A DNA stretch of 64,000 bases from the NCBI RefSeq assembly GCF_009914755.1, contig NC_060938.1; one strand, written 5' to 3'. The notes beneath the pieces are model-generated. The model was not told where the DNA came from and made no database searches. It worked only from the letters and a program-made list of their open reading frames with translations. The translations under genes and the position numbers were made by a program. This document shows positions 1 to 14,369 of the stretch, piece after piece. Numbering within the stretch: position 1 is the first letter of the stretch; the number at the start of each line of letters is the position of its first letter. The DNA is from the human T2T-CHM13v2.0 reference genome, Homo sapiens.

Positions 1-140
1 AAAAAAATTAGCCGGATGTGGTGGCACGTGCCTATGATCCCAGCTACATGGGAGGCTGAGGCAGGGAAGTCAAGGCTGCAGTGAGTCATGTTTGCACCAC
101 TGCACTCCAGCCTAGGCAACAGAGCAAATTAAAAAAAAAA
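1..140 (+). mobile_element. Alu right arm (AluJ-like), cut by window edge
   Basis: ttagccggatgtggtggcacg...actccagcct plus A tail. Confidence 0.85.
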
Positions 141-1073
141 TTTTTTTTTTTAACTCTTCAAGAATACTCAACTATTCAACTAGGTTAGTCTATAGCTGTA
201 TATAAAGCTATATCATATAGCATCATACTTACAACAATGCAGGTAGTATGGACAGTTAGAACAAGAACACTGGAGGAGGAAAAATGGGCTGGGAACAAAT
301 AAGGTACTTAGAAAACTGATGGTCCTTTCTCATAGATTTTGGTACGTTAAAAAAAAAAAAGGATTTAAAGGACTTCCCTTTACCTCCCCAATTATCCAAA
401 AGTATCAGATAAATATTTTTCTAACAAATTCTACTTCTAACCATAAACTAGAGGTAGATTGTCTATGAGTCGTTTCATTGAGGTTTTTTTTTGGTGAAGT
501 AGTTGAAGAAACCTCATTTCCTGATTTCAGAGATAGACTCAGGAAATATTTTATGAGTTCGTTTAAGCTAATTCACATGAGGGAGAGCTACAAAAGCATG
601 AAAAACCATTTACTTTTTCCCCTTCATACAGTTCACTTTCTTATTAATTCTCTGCACATTAAACTATTCTAAAGTAAAATTTAGTCAAACCTTGGAAGAA
701 ACATCAGCAATTAAAAAGTATGATTGGTTGATGATCTAAGATTTTGGTGATTGTTTTTTAATTTAGCACTATTTTTACAACTCTCTATTCTTATAACTCA
801 TACATTTTCTCTTATCTCTTCCACTCTCCTTCGCTCTACACCTAACACCTGAGGAATCAAATTCCAAGTCTTTAATTTGCTTCCAAGAATCGCAGAGGCA
901 AAGACCAATCCAATAATTTAGATTTCTACAATGTAAACTGGTAGAAGATTAATCCTGCTTAATTTTCATATTGGTTCTCTCTGGAACCTTAATGGCACAG
1001 GATATCAATATGTGTACTTGGAAAGGTGTTCTGTGCTTAAATAAGTCTGAGACATATTCAATTATAAACAGTG

Positions 1074-1389
1074 TTTTTTTTTGTTTTGTTTTGTTTTGTT
1101 TTTTTTTGAGACGGAGTCTTGCTCTGTCGCCCAGGCTGGAGTGCAGTGGGCGATCTCGGCTCACTGCAAGCTCCACCTCCTGGGTTCATGCCATTCTCCT
1201 GCCTCAGCCTACTGAGCAGCTGGGACTACAGGCGCCTGCCACCAAGCCTGGCTAGTTTTTTTGTATTTTTAGTAGAGATGGGGTTTCATCGCGTTAGCCA
1301 GGATGGTCTCAAACTCCTGACCTCATGATCTGCCTGCCTCAGCCTCCCAAAGTTGCTGGGGGTACAGGTGTGAGCCACTGTGCCTGGCC
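1074..1389 (-). mobile_element. Alu (AluY-like)
   Basis: Full dimer; gcaagctcc...atgccattctcc diagnostic. Confidence 0.9.
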
Positions 1390-3904
1390 AACAGTTTTGT
1401 TTTTTTTTTTAACAGGTTTTCTAAGGGCCTTTGGTATGTTGATTTGCACTATGAATCTTTAATCTTTTCCTCTACACACCTATTTGCATCTCCTGGAAAG
1501 TGTTCTAAATTTACGTATCAGCTTGAAAAATCCTGACTTCATTTGCAATCAGGAAAGGAGGGATTTTGCTATTTTAAAGTGACAGGTTCCTTGCCTCTTT
1601 CAAATTCTAAGAGAAAAAAATGATTTTTAATTCAAAATAACTGTAATTATGCTTTTATATTTTAAATGTACACAAGCATAAAAAACTGGCAGTAAAAGCA
1701 TCTGAAGTTGTCAATAAATTATCACTGGTTTTGGAGGATTATGTGTATTTTTGCATATGCTTTTCCATATAATCCATGTTTTCTAAAATGAACATTATTT
1801 TGATAATCAGATATAAAGTTTGTTTTGTTTTAGTGACTGATGTCTCAACACCATCTAAATCTTTAAATTTATCATAGAAGGCATATTACCCCAGATAGGG
1901 AAAAGGAATACAACAAATAAAATTGCCATTTAGAAAATTCCTTTCCAACAGTGCTCATAAATGTTTAAATCATAAAATCATTAAAAAGGTAAACTTTCTG
2001 AATTATGTATTTACAGCAAAGCAAGAATTCTGAAATAGGAACTTCTCATCCTGGGTATGGCACCACTCTAAAATATTTTGAAAGGAACAACCTTATCTTT
2101 GTTTTAGCTATTCAAAAATGTTTTAGCACTTAACATGAATATTTGCCAATATATTAAGTTGCAGATGAGAAATTCTGTAAATCCCTTAAGATGTGGAGAA
2201 AAAAATAAATCTTTCTGACAGTTTTTTTAAAACAGTAGAGGAATGGCTAATCCAATCAAACTTTTAAGAATTAGTGGCCAAGAGAATTCAAATTCTGTAC
2301 TCGATATAAATAAATAAATAAATAGAATAAAATAATAATGGAAGTGTTCAAAGCTCATTTTAATTTTTCTAAACATGTCAAGAATGGTTTGCATTAAATG
2401 CTCTAAGTGTGTCTTTTATAAAAGCTAGGAGCAAAAAATGTATCCAAGAGAAGTTTACAACAAACTCAGAGTTTCTTTTAGCTGTATCTAATTCAGTTTT
2501 AAGAACAGAAACATTGTTTGCCAACTTAAGTAGATTATAATTTGATGTAAGCAACCAAAATCTGTGCTACTTACATAAGGAGGTACAGTGCTTAAATGGT
2601 GCACTAAAGAGACAAAAATATCCTAATTCTTTATTTGTAGCTAAGCATCATACGTAACAAAATTGTGTGCCATTTTCTACCATCTATTAAAATTTATATT
2701 ATTACATCTACATATTTTTAAATCTTACTAATTTTCTGTACTGGTAGCTTAAAATATTCAGGTTGCCTAATTTCACTGATGTAAAATACGTCCATTCATT
2801 CATCAATACTTACTGGATATTAAGGTTTGAATTGAGGCCAATTTTTCTATTATTGTCATCAATTAAAAAATCAACTCCAATTTCTTATAAACCATTTCTA
2901 ATTAATTATATTATGGTTCCAAAGTTAACAAAACAAGTAGGTTTCTTTGAGCTAGCACAGTATGCACAATCATTTTATTTATGCCAAAAAAATTTTTTTT
3001 AAACAAAACTGATCTATGGTGATGAACAGCAAAAAGTTGTATTTGCGTGGAGGGGAGGAGTGTGTGGTGATTGACTCAAAAAGGTCACTGGGAAACTTTT
3101 TGAGGTAGTGGAAGTGTCCTATAATTTGTTTGTGGTGATGGTTAATAGGGGTATGTACAATTTTCAAAAATCATTCAGTTGAGTCTATGGATCTATGCAT
3201 TTTATTACATGTTAATTAAAGCTTAATAGAAGAGCAGACCGTGCCAGTACTGGGGACCAACGACCTGAGGCAGAACTGGAAAGCTAAGCAGGTTTTGAAG
3301 CTCCTTGGAAGTTAGGGCTTCACAGAATGGTTTAAAAATGAGTGAATCCTTAGAATTCTATATATGATTATATGTAATATAAATACAAAGATTTATTCCA
3401 AAGCAACTTTTAGATTATATACTTTTCCCAAATACTGATTACCCTTACTTAGTTCCATTACTATAGATAATGCAGAATAAATTATTCAAGATTTACGATA
3501 TTATTAGTCAAAACAATGGGAAATTAAAAGTCAATGCTCTGATTATCTTCCTAAGTCATCTTTTACAAGACTTCTATTATATAAATGTATACTACTACTT
3601 CTTTTAACCACCTGAGAGGAAGAAAAAAATCAAACAGCAAAAAAAAAAAAAAAAAAATTGGCCATTTACAACAAAAAATACTGGACATTGGCACAGCACT
3701 AAACTTAGCACTTCCAGAATGAACTGCAAGGACAGGATTAGAGTTCAAATAACTCAAAATGTTGATTTCTCAATCACTTTCCCACTTTCCCACACCTCCC
3801 CCAAAGAAATTAACTTTAAAGAGTTTATTTGATTAAGCAAAATTTGAAAGCAGAGGATTAAAAAGTGAAAAAGGTGGTGCAGAAATTAGCAGAGGTGGCA
3901 CTAC

Positions 3905-4045
3905 CTGAAAGCTCATCAGAAAGGGGAGTGAGAACAATATCAGGCAAGAAGGGTTTGGAAGTATGGATCAGAACAGGAGCACTTTTAGCACTGCGTATAT
4001 AGGCCGATGGCAGAGCACATTCACCAATGGATCGGCTTCTCATGG
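3905..4045 (-). CDS. RALGAPA1: RALGAPA1 141-nt alternatively spliced exon (~exon 17), (A)MRSRSIGECALPSAYIRSAKSAPVLIHTSKPFLPDIVLTPLSDELS
   Basis: Long CU-rich tract then ttttaaAG|CC, donor CAG|GTagtg; phase 1-1, 47 codons; peptide recalled from long RALGAPA1 isoforms. Confidence 0.9.
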
Positions 4046-5379
4046 CTTTAAAAAAGGAAAAGAAAGAAGTGGGGAAGGAAAAAAGAAGAGTGACTATAAT
4101 GAAAGGCTCGTGTCACAGAAAAAGCAGCAACAGAGAAAACTAAAAGGTACAAAGGAAGGAAATTATAAATTAAAACATTTCAGCACGGCAAATACTGGCA
4201 AGCTGTAAGAAAAGAAATCAGAGAACACACACAACATTTTGAATATAATTTTTTTATATAAAGCAGAAAAATGCTATTATTATTAGCAGTTACAATGGAA
4301 TAGCATTAAACAACAGCAGACACTTTAATTAGCATTATGTTCTCAAAACCAAGGGTTGAGAAATTCACTGAATGAAAACATTGAAAATAACTCAATATTA
4401 ATAGTTCAAAGTAACTTTTGGAACAATATTTGGGCATTTCTCTAGGCAATCCTGAGCCATTCTTACTAACGAGGCTGAATTATAAGAATAAATCATTCCT
4501 ACTTTCATACTCTTTACCAAATAAAGTTTTCTAAATCACTCACAGGTCTTTCTTAGAAATTTTTAGGTAATTCATAGTCAAAAGGATTTAATCTCATGTC
4601 TAGTATGTGTTTCTGGTAAGAGGATGCTAATCAAATCAGTATCTTTTATAATAAAGTATAGGAGTATAATTAAAATTTTTACATAGAAACAGAAAACAAT
4701 TTGCAGAGCATGAAAAATTGGGTTCTTGACAAAAATAGATAATTTTGTGCTTATTCAAATCATAAACATAAAAACTTAAAATTGTTTTCAAAGAAAGCTT
4801 TAAACTGGATTACTTTTTAAAAATTGCATTTGTAGTTGCATTTGATAATTTCTTAGGAGAGTCCCTAGTTCACAAAAATTAAAGATAAATTATAGTTCAC
4901 TTAGAAATAAATAATCAAGTTTACTCTTCCCAGAGATTTTTAAAAAAACATTTATTTCAAGGATTCTTAATTAAGTTATAGGTATTGTTACACATGAATC
5001 AAGGACTTAAAAGAAACAATACTGCATAATATCCAGTGTAATAGTAATGGTGGCAAAATAAATAGTTTGAATATTAACATCAATTCAAATTGCTGAGTTT
5101 CCTTGATTACTGGACAGACTTGGTTCCCTGAAGTCTAAATTCCTTAGATTATCACACAACTCACACAAGGCCTTTACGACTTGCCTACAATCTACCACTC
5201 AGTAAGACTTTTCTTTTACTGTCCTCCCGTGCTGCCGCCACTCAGAATTTTATAATGTTCCTTAAAATTTTCATTCTCTTTCATCATCACATCATGACTT
5301 TGTATGTTGCTAATTTCCTTGGTCTCTTTTTCTTCCTGATATACTCCTTCATACTTGAAGTATCATCTCACCTGAAAAA

Positions 5380-5690
5380 CTTTTTTTTCTTTTTCTTTTT
5401 TTGAGACAGGGTCTTACTCTGTTGTCCAGGCGGGAGTACAGTGGCATGATCATAGCTTGCTGCAACCCTGAACTCCTGGACTCAAGCCAATTCTCCCACC
5501 TTAGGCTCCAGAGTAGCTGGGACCACAGGCATATGTCACCATGCTTGGCTAATTTTTTTTTCTCTATTTTTAGTGGAAACAAGGTCTCGCTATGGTATCC
5601 AGGCTGGTGTCGAACTCCTGTGCTCAAGCGACCCTCTCACATTGGTCTCCCAAAGTACTGAGATTACATGAATAAGTCACCATGGCCAGT
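5380..5690 (-). mobile_element. Alu (AluJ-like)
   Basis: Diverged Alu dimer. Confidence 0.85.
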
Positions 5691-6446
5691 CCCTGAGAGG
5701 TTTTTCTAACTCTCCCAAACAATTATTTACTGGCAACACAGCAATAAACAAAAACAAACAAGAATTCCCACTTTTGCAAAACTTACAATCTATTTTTAGT
5801 GGACTGTATGTTTTTAGGTCAGCCTCCTCAACTTTTCGAATGCAAGAACCATATCCCCTGATCTTTGAATCCCTACTCCCTACCACGTATAAGTGCAATA
5901 ATTTTTTACTTTTACTGAATATCTATATTTGAGCAGGAGTCCAGCTTAACCATTTGAAAAACAATTTCAGGCTGTGAAGATACAGAGGAGAAAGTAAAAA
6001 CAAACATTAAGCAAAAACTAAATGCATTTCATAGTTTATAACTGGAAAAAGATAATCATAGATTTAAAAAATGTATGAATGCCAGCAAAATTAAGGATTC
6101 TTTAAGAACAATCTGTAGGTAAAAAATATAGAAGCATGGAATATGCTAAGATAATGGCAACAATTTGTCTTTAGTGTATGGCTTACCATGCTGTGTATTA
6201 AAGATCAAGTGTATTTTAAAAACAACCCATATACAAAATGTCAGAATCTCACCCTATTCCAGTTTTCCCGCTAGCTTCTTCCCTTCTTGAGAAAGTAACC
6301 AACAATTTTATAATCTAATTTGAAACAAAAGTTACGTTGACTCCAACACAATCACTCATTAAAATTGGTCAGAGCAAAGACACAAATACATATGCAAATC
6401 TTAAAGTGTTGTTACACAGAGGGTGAAACATCATCTATAGTTGTAA

Positions 6447-6693
<247 letters not shown>

Positions 6694-6933
6694 AATTTTT
6701 AAATATATTTTTTAAAAACCTGAATTGAGTTTTTGATTCCACAGATAAATTATAAGTTTTTCTTTTTTCCCCTAGGGGATAATTTCTGGGAAATAACAAC
6801 TCCTTTTTTTCTTTCTTTCCCAACACAGACTTGAAGGAAGAGCTTGGGCATTTCCCTTGGAACTTTTTCCATATTTGCAGTGGAATAAATTTATGTTGTG
6901 ATTCTGAATGAATTCTTTAAAAATGTACCCCTT

Positions 6934-7237
6934 GGCTGGTGTGGTAGCTCACACCTGTAATCCCAGCACTTTGGGAGGCCAAGGCAGGAGGATGGCTTGA
7001 GCCCAAGAGTTTGAGACCTGCCTGGGCAACTGAGGGAGACCCCATCTCTACAAAAAACAAAAACTAAAACATTAGCTGGGTGTGGTGGTGCCTCCCTGTG
7101 GTCCCAGCTACTCCGATGGCTGGAGGTGAGAGGATCACTTGAGCCCAGGAGGTCAACGCTACAATGAGCCATGTTTGTGCCACTGTACTCCAGCCTGGGC
7201 AACAAAGTTAAGACTCTGCCTCAAAAACAAATTTAAA
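6934..7237 (+). mobile_element. Alu (AluJ-like)
   Basis: Full dimer. Confidence 0.88.
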
Positions 7238-10200
7238 AACCCTAAAAAATGAAGCAAAAATGGTCACCTCCTTTTGTTGTTGTTTTTGTTTTAACTAAAA
7301 ACTCTTAAGTCTTTAGGCATACCTAGAAGTCTGTCAAGGGCTTCACAGCTATGCAACCCTCACTATAGAAAATTATTTACAATGAATTAGCTATTGAGAT
7401 CTTTTGGGATTTACTAACCTAAACACTTAGTTACTGACATTTCTATTAGCACATACATTCCTAAGACACATACATCAGTGATCATAAATCTATAATATGC
7501 TTAATGGGCAGTATGAAAAATATAACATCAAAAAGTAAAAACAGATTTTCAAATTACGAGCATGACAATTTTTGAAGGCTTCCTATCTTTTCCCCTCTCA
7601 AAAAAAAAAAATGCATTCCCATAAATTCACCTTGGACCATACAGACTATATAAAAAACTGTAACTTGCACTCTAGAGTTTCCGTATAGCATAAGAAATTC
7701 ATGGACCGCAAATGTGATGGACCCTTAACAGCATATAAATACAAAAAATAAACATGAGGAAGGCAACTCCAGAATTTTCTCATTTCCAAAATATGATACA
7801 TTTTCCTCCTTATTTATTAAAATTCACATTATGTATACATTCCTATCCATTGGCAGAAATACCTGTTAAAGTCCCCAAATGTAGGCCTATTATCATAATA
7901 CACATAAATGAAAAGCAAAATCCGAAAACAAAACAGTGATATATATGCTCCAAAAGTTGAACACCAGGTCCTAAATCATAAATGCAAGCAAGTTACACTG
8001 CTTATGAGTATGTTCAAAAATAATTCTTAAATTCATTGCAATCTCTCTTATTTGTTAGCATAAGCAAAACCACAGACATACTCTCCACATTTTTTACATT
8101 TTAAACTTAACTATTAATAACAAAATTTATCTTAAAGCCATCTTGAGTATTCTAAGATAAAAGGATTATATCATGCTTAATATCTTTTAAATGCAGGTAA
8201 GTTCCCTTTCTGTTTATTAAGTGAACAATAATGAATAAATTCTCTTAGACTTTCAAAGAAAAAACAAAAAAATTCTCTTACAATTTCTATCTGAAAATTC
8301 TAGAAAGCAACCAGTAAAATAAGTCTTCGAAACATCATGTGACAAAACTGTTACTTTGCAAATTTCAACATAGACTATACTAGTGTCTTCATGAATTGTA
8401 AGGACATAAGGTCCTTACATCAGTTTAGATCACCAGCATAAAGAAAGCTGTTTAAGTTAGTCAGAAAAAGTTAAATATTGTATCACTCTATCAGGTAATT
8501 CAAAGTCATAGGAAAAAATACAGTTTAACAAGAGAAGAACCAGGTTTGTTATTAAAGGAAATAATTCATAAAAGAGAAATGTAAATCAATGTCAGAAATA
8601 AAATTTGTTTCTCCCAATGCAAGTCAGAAAGTAAATAAATGGAGAATGACACAAACTAAAAAATGAATTAAAAATTTTAAAGATAAATCTGTGGTTATTT
8701 CAAATGTCTAAATTATTTTCTATTCCAAAAAATACATTTTTTTAAATATACATTTTTCAAAACAGTTTTAGGTTTACAGATAAAAAATGAGTGTCAACTA
8801 CAAAGAGTTTCCATACATCCCTTTCCCCCTCCCTACCAGTTTCCCCAATTATTAACATCTTGTATTAGCATGGTACATTTGCTACAATTAACAAGCTCAT
8901 ATTGATACAGTATTGCTAAAGTCCATAGTTTACATTAGGGATCACTGTTTATGTAGTACCTTCTATGGGTTTTGAGAAAGTATAGTGACACATATATACC
9001 ATTACAAGTATCATACAGAATAGTTTCACATCTTTATTCTCTGTGCTTGCTTCTACCTATTCATCCCTTCTTCTAGCCCCACCCCCCTATTCCTAGTGCC
9101 TGGAAACCAGTCATCTTTTTACTGTTGACAAAAGTTTGCCTTTTCCACAATGTCATATATTTGAAATCATACAGTATGTAGCCTTTTCAGATTAGCTTCT
9201 TTTACTCAGCAATACTCATTCAGTTTCTTCATGTTTTTTTTTTCATGGTCTGAAAGCTCATTTCTTTTTATCATGGAATAATATTCCATTTTATGGATGT
9301 ACAACAGTTTGTCCATTCACCTACTGAAGAATATCTTAGACAATTACAACTAAAGCTGCTATAAATATTCATGTGCAGATGTTTGCGTGGACATGTTTTC
9401 AACTAATATAGGTAAATACAAAGAGTGCTATGGCTGGATCCTACAGTAAGACTATGTTTAGGTTTGAAAGAAACTACCTGTCTCCCAGTGTGATGATATA
9501 ATCTTGTATTTCCACCACCAGTGAGAGTTCCCATTGCTACACTTCCCTGCCAGCATTTGGTGTTGTCAGTGTTTTGGATTTTAGCCATTCTTTTAGGTGT
9601 GTAGTGGTATCTTGTCTTAATTTGCAATAGTCTAATGACATACGATGTTGAGTATCTTTTCATATGCTTAGTTGCCATCTCTGTATCTTCTTTGGTGAGA
9701 TGTTTGTTCACATCTTTTGCCCATTTTTCAGGTTGTTCTCTTCCTGTTGAATATTAAGAGCTCTTTGTATATTTTAGAACCAGTCTTTTATCAGGCATGT
9801 GTTTTGCAGATTTTCTCCCCATCTGTGACTTGTCGTTTCATTCCCTTAACAATGTCTCTCACAAAGCAGAAGTTTTAAATTTAATAAAGTCCAACTTAGC
9901 AATTTTTTCTTTCATGAATTTTATTGTTGGTATTGTATTATAAAACTCATTGCCAAACCCAAGGTGTCCTAGACTTTCTCCTATGTTGTCTTCTAGGTGT
10001 TTTATACTTTTGTACATCACATTTAGGTCTATGATCTGAGTTAATTTTTGTGAAAGATGTAAGGTGTCTAGATTCATCTTTTTTTGGCATGTGGATGTCC
10101 AATTGTTACAGCACCATGTTGAAAAGACCATCCTTTCTCCATTGAATTGCCTTTGCTCCTTTTTGAAAGATCAGTGGACTCTAGTTGTGTGGGTCTTTCT

Positions 10201-10357
10201 GGAATCTCTATTTTATTCCATCTATTTGTCTATTCTCTCACCCATACCATACTTTCTTGATTACTATATTAAATTTTGAAGTCAGGTTCTGTCCCTTCTC
10301 TGAATTCATTCTTTTCCTTCAATATTGTGTTGACTCTTCTGGCTCTTTTGCCTTTCC

Positions 10358-10568
10358 TTTTTTTTTTTTTTTTTTTCTGATACAAGATCTTGCTGTGTTA
10401 CCCAGGCTAGAGAGTGCAGGGGCACAATCATGGCTCACTGCAGCCTTGACCTCCTGAACTTAAGCAATCCTCCCATCTCAGGCTCCCAAGTAGCTGGGAC
10501 TACAGGCACATGACACCACATCCAACTAGTTTTTGTATTTTTTGTAGAGACAGGTTTTGCCATGTTGC
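10358..10568 (-). mobile_element. Partial Alu (AluJ-like) inside L1M
   Basis: T tail, right arm, truncated left arm. Confidence 0.8.
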
Positions 10569-11648
10569 TCATGCTCTGCCTTTCTATATAAATTTTAGAT
10601 TCTGTCAATATCCACAAAATAACTTGTTAAGAACAAAATCAACTGAGATTGTGTTGAATCTACAGATTAAGTAGGGAAAAAATGACATCTTGCCAATAGT
10701 GAGTTTTTCTATCCATGTACATGAACTAGACCTCTCAACTTATTTATTCTTTGATTTCTTTCATCAAAGTTTCATAGTTTTCCTCATATAGATCTTGTAA
10801 ATATTTTGCTAGATTTATACCTAATTGTTTTGGAGATTTTTGATGCTAATGTAAATGGTACTGTGCTTTCAGTTTCACATTCCAGTTGTTCATTGCTGGT
10901 ATGGAAGGAGCGACTGACTTTTATATATTAATCTGGCATCCTATAACCTTGCTATAATTGCTTATTAGTTTCAGGAGGTTGTCACTTTGAAATTTTCCAC
11001 ATAAATAATCATGTCATCTACAAAGATAGCTTTATTTATTTCTTCTCAATCTGTAGACCTTTTATTTCCTTTTCCTGTCTTACAGGAATAGTGAGATATC
11101 CTTGCCTTGTTGTGGATCTCAGCAGAAAAAAACCTAGTTTCTCACCATTAAGTATGATGCTAGAGGTAAGTTGTCCTGTGTTTTTATTTTTTAATAGATT
11201 TATCAAGTTGAGGAAGTTCTCCTTATTCCTACTTTGCTGAGAGTTTTTATCCTAAATGGGTGTTGGATTTTGCCAAATGTTTTTTCTGCATCTATTGATG
11301 TGATCATATGGCTTTTCTTCATTAGCCTGTGGATGAGATGAATTGCATTAGGGTAATGCAGTAGTCCTCAAAAGAATTAGGAAGTATTCGTTCTGCTTCT
11401 ATTTTTTGAGAAAAGTTATGGAGAATTATTTCTTTCTTAAATATTCAGTAGACTTCACCATCTGGGCCTGGTGCTTTCTAATTTGGAAGGTTGTTAGTTA
11501 TTGATTCAATTTCATTAATACATACCAGGCTGTTCAGATTATCTAGTTCTTCTTGTATGAGTTTTGGTAGATTGTACCTTTCAAGTAATTGGTCTATTTC
11601 TTTTAGGTTATCAAATTTAATTCTTTTATCAGTAAATAAAAGGATCAC

Positions 11649-13130
11649 AAAAACAGACACACAGACCAATAGAACAGAACAGAGAACCCAGAAATAAATC
11701 TACACATCTACAGTGAACTCATTTTCAATAAAAATGCCAAGAACATACACTGGGGAAAGGACAGTATCTTCAATAAATGGTGCTGGGATAACTGGATACC
11801 CATATGCAGAAGAATGAAACTAGATCCCTTTCTCCATATAGAGAAATCAAACAAAAATGGATTAAAGACTTAAATCTAAGATCTCAAACTATGACATTAT
11901 TGAAAGAAAACTTTGGGGAAACTCTCCAGGACAATGAAGCAGGCAAAGACTTCTTAAATAATATCCCCAGGCAACCAAAGCAAAAATGGACAAATGAGAT
12001 GACATCATGTTAAAAACCTTCTGCACAGCAAAGTAAATCATCAACAAAGTAAAGAGATGACCCACAGAATGGGAAAAAATATTTGCAAAGTATCCATCTG
12101 ACAAGGGATTAATAACTAGAATACACAAGGAGCTCAAACAACTCTACAGGAAAAAAATTAATAATCCAATTAAAAATGGACAAAAGATCGATAGACATTT
12201 CTCAAGAGACGACATACAAATGACAAACAGGTATGCGAAAAGGTGCTCTACATCACTGATAATCAGAGAAATGCAAATCAAAACTACAATGAGATAGCCC
12301 ACCCCAGCTAAAATGGCTTTTATCCAAAAGACAGGCAATAACAAATGCTGGCCAGGATGTGAAGAAAAGGGAACCCTCACATACTGTTGGTAAGAATGTA
12401 AGTTAGTACAACCACTATGGAGAACAGTTTGGAGATTTCTCAAAAAACTAGAAATAGAGCTACCAATCCAGCAATCCCACTCCTGGGTATACACCCAAAA
12501 GAAAGGAAATCAGTTTATCTAAGAGATATCTGCACTCCCATGTTTATTGCCAACACTATTCACAATAGCCAAGATATGGAAGCAACCTAAGTGTCCATCA
12601 ACACATGAACAGATAAAGGATATGTGGTATATATACGCAATGAAGTATTATTCAACCATAAAAAAGAATGAGATCCTGACATGAGGTCATTATGTTAAGC
12701 AAAATAAGCCAGGCACAGAAAGACAAACATCACATGCTCTCACTTATCTGTGGGAGCTAAAAATTAAAACAATTGAAATCATGGAGATAGAGAGTAGAAG
12801 GATAGTTACTAGAGGCTCAGAAGTACAGTGGGGGAAAGGGTAAGTGCAGATGGTTAATGGGTACAAAAAAAAATTAGAATGAATAAGACCTAGTATTTGC
12901 TAGTACAACAGGGTGACTATAGCAAAAAATAATTTAATTGTGAATTTAAAAATAACTAAAAGAATATAATTGGATGGTTTGAAACACAAAGAATAAATGT
13001 TTGAGGTAATGAATACCCCATTTACACTGATGTGATTAATACGCATTGTACTCCTGTATCAAAATATCTCATGTACCCCATAAATATATATACCTACTAT
13101 ATACCCACAAAAATTAAAAATAAAAGAAAT
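11649..13130 (+). mobile_element. 5'-truncated L1MA (L1MA2/3-like)
   Basis: ORF2 C-terminus and 3'UTR with A-rich tail; 14-bp TSD AATAAAAGGATCAC at 11635-11648 and 13131-13144. Confidence 0.88.
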
Positions 13131-13948
13131 AATAAAAGGATCACTGGTAATGGTTCTTCTTTCATTTCTGGTATTAATAATTGATATCTTCTTATTTTCT
13201 TATTTAACTTAGCTACAGATTTATTGGTTTTGTTGATATTTTCTAAGACCCAACTTTCGGTTTTGTTGATTTTTCTCTAGTGATTTCCTATTTTCAACTT
13301 CCTTGTTTTCTGCTTTAATTCTTATTATTTCTTTTCTTCTACTTACTTTGGATTTTTTTTCTCTAGTTTCCTATGGTGGAAGCTTAGATTACTGGTTTTA
13401 GACCTTTCTTCTTTAGTAATATATATTTTCAATTCTGTACATTTTCCTCTAAGCACAGCTTTCACTGCCCACAAATTTTGATTTTATATTTTCATTTAGT
13501 TCAAAATATTCTACAATTTATCTTGAAACATCTTTGAACTGTGCGTTATTTAGAAGTGTGTCGTTTAATCTCCAAGTATTTTAGAGTTTTCCAATTTTTT
13601 CCATCGATTTATAGTTAAATCCATTGCAGTCAGAGGGTATATTATGTACGATTTCTATTCCTAAAAATGTTTAAGGCATGTTTTATGACCCAGAATGTGG
13701 TCTTGGTGAATGTTTTGCATGAGTTTGAGAAGAATGAGTATAATCTCTGCTGGATTAAGCAATTTACAGATGTCATAATTAGATCCAGTTGACTGACAGT
13801 GCTATTCACTTCATTTATGTCCTCACTGATTTTCTGCCTGCTGGATCTGTCAATTACTGATAGAAAGATGTTAAATATCCAACCACAGTACCACTACTTC
13901 TTCTATTTCTCTGGGCAGGTTTATCTGTTTTTGCCTCATGTATTTTGA

Positions 13949-14319
<371 letters not shown>

Positions 14320-14369
14320 TAATACCCCTCTTTATTCTTGATAATTCTCCTTGCTCTAAAGTCTGCTTT

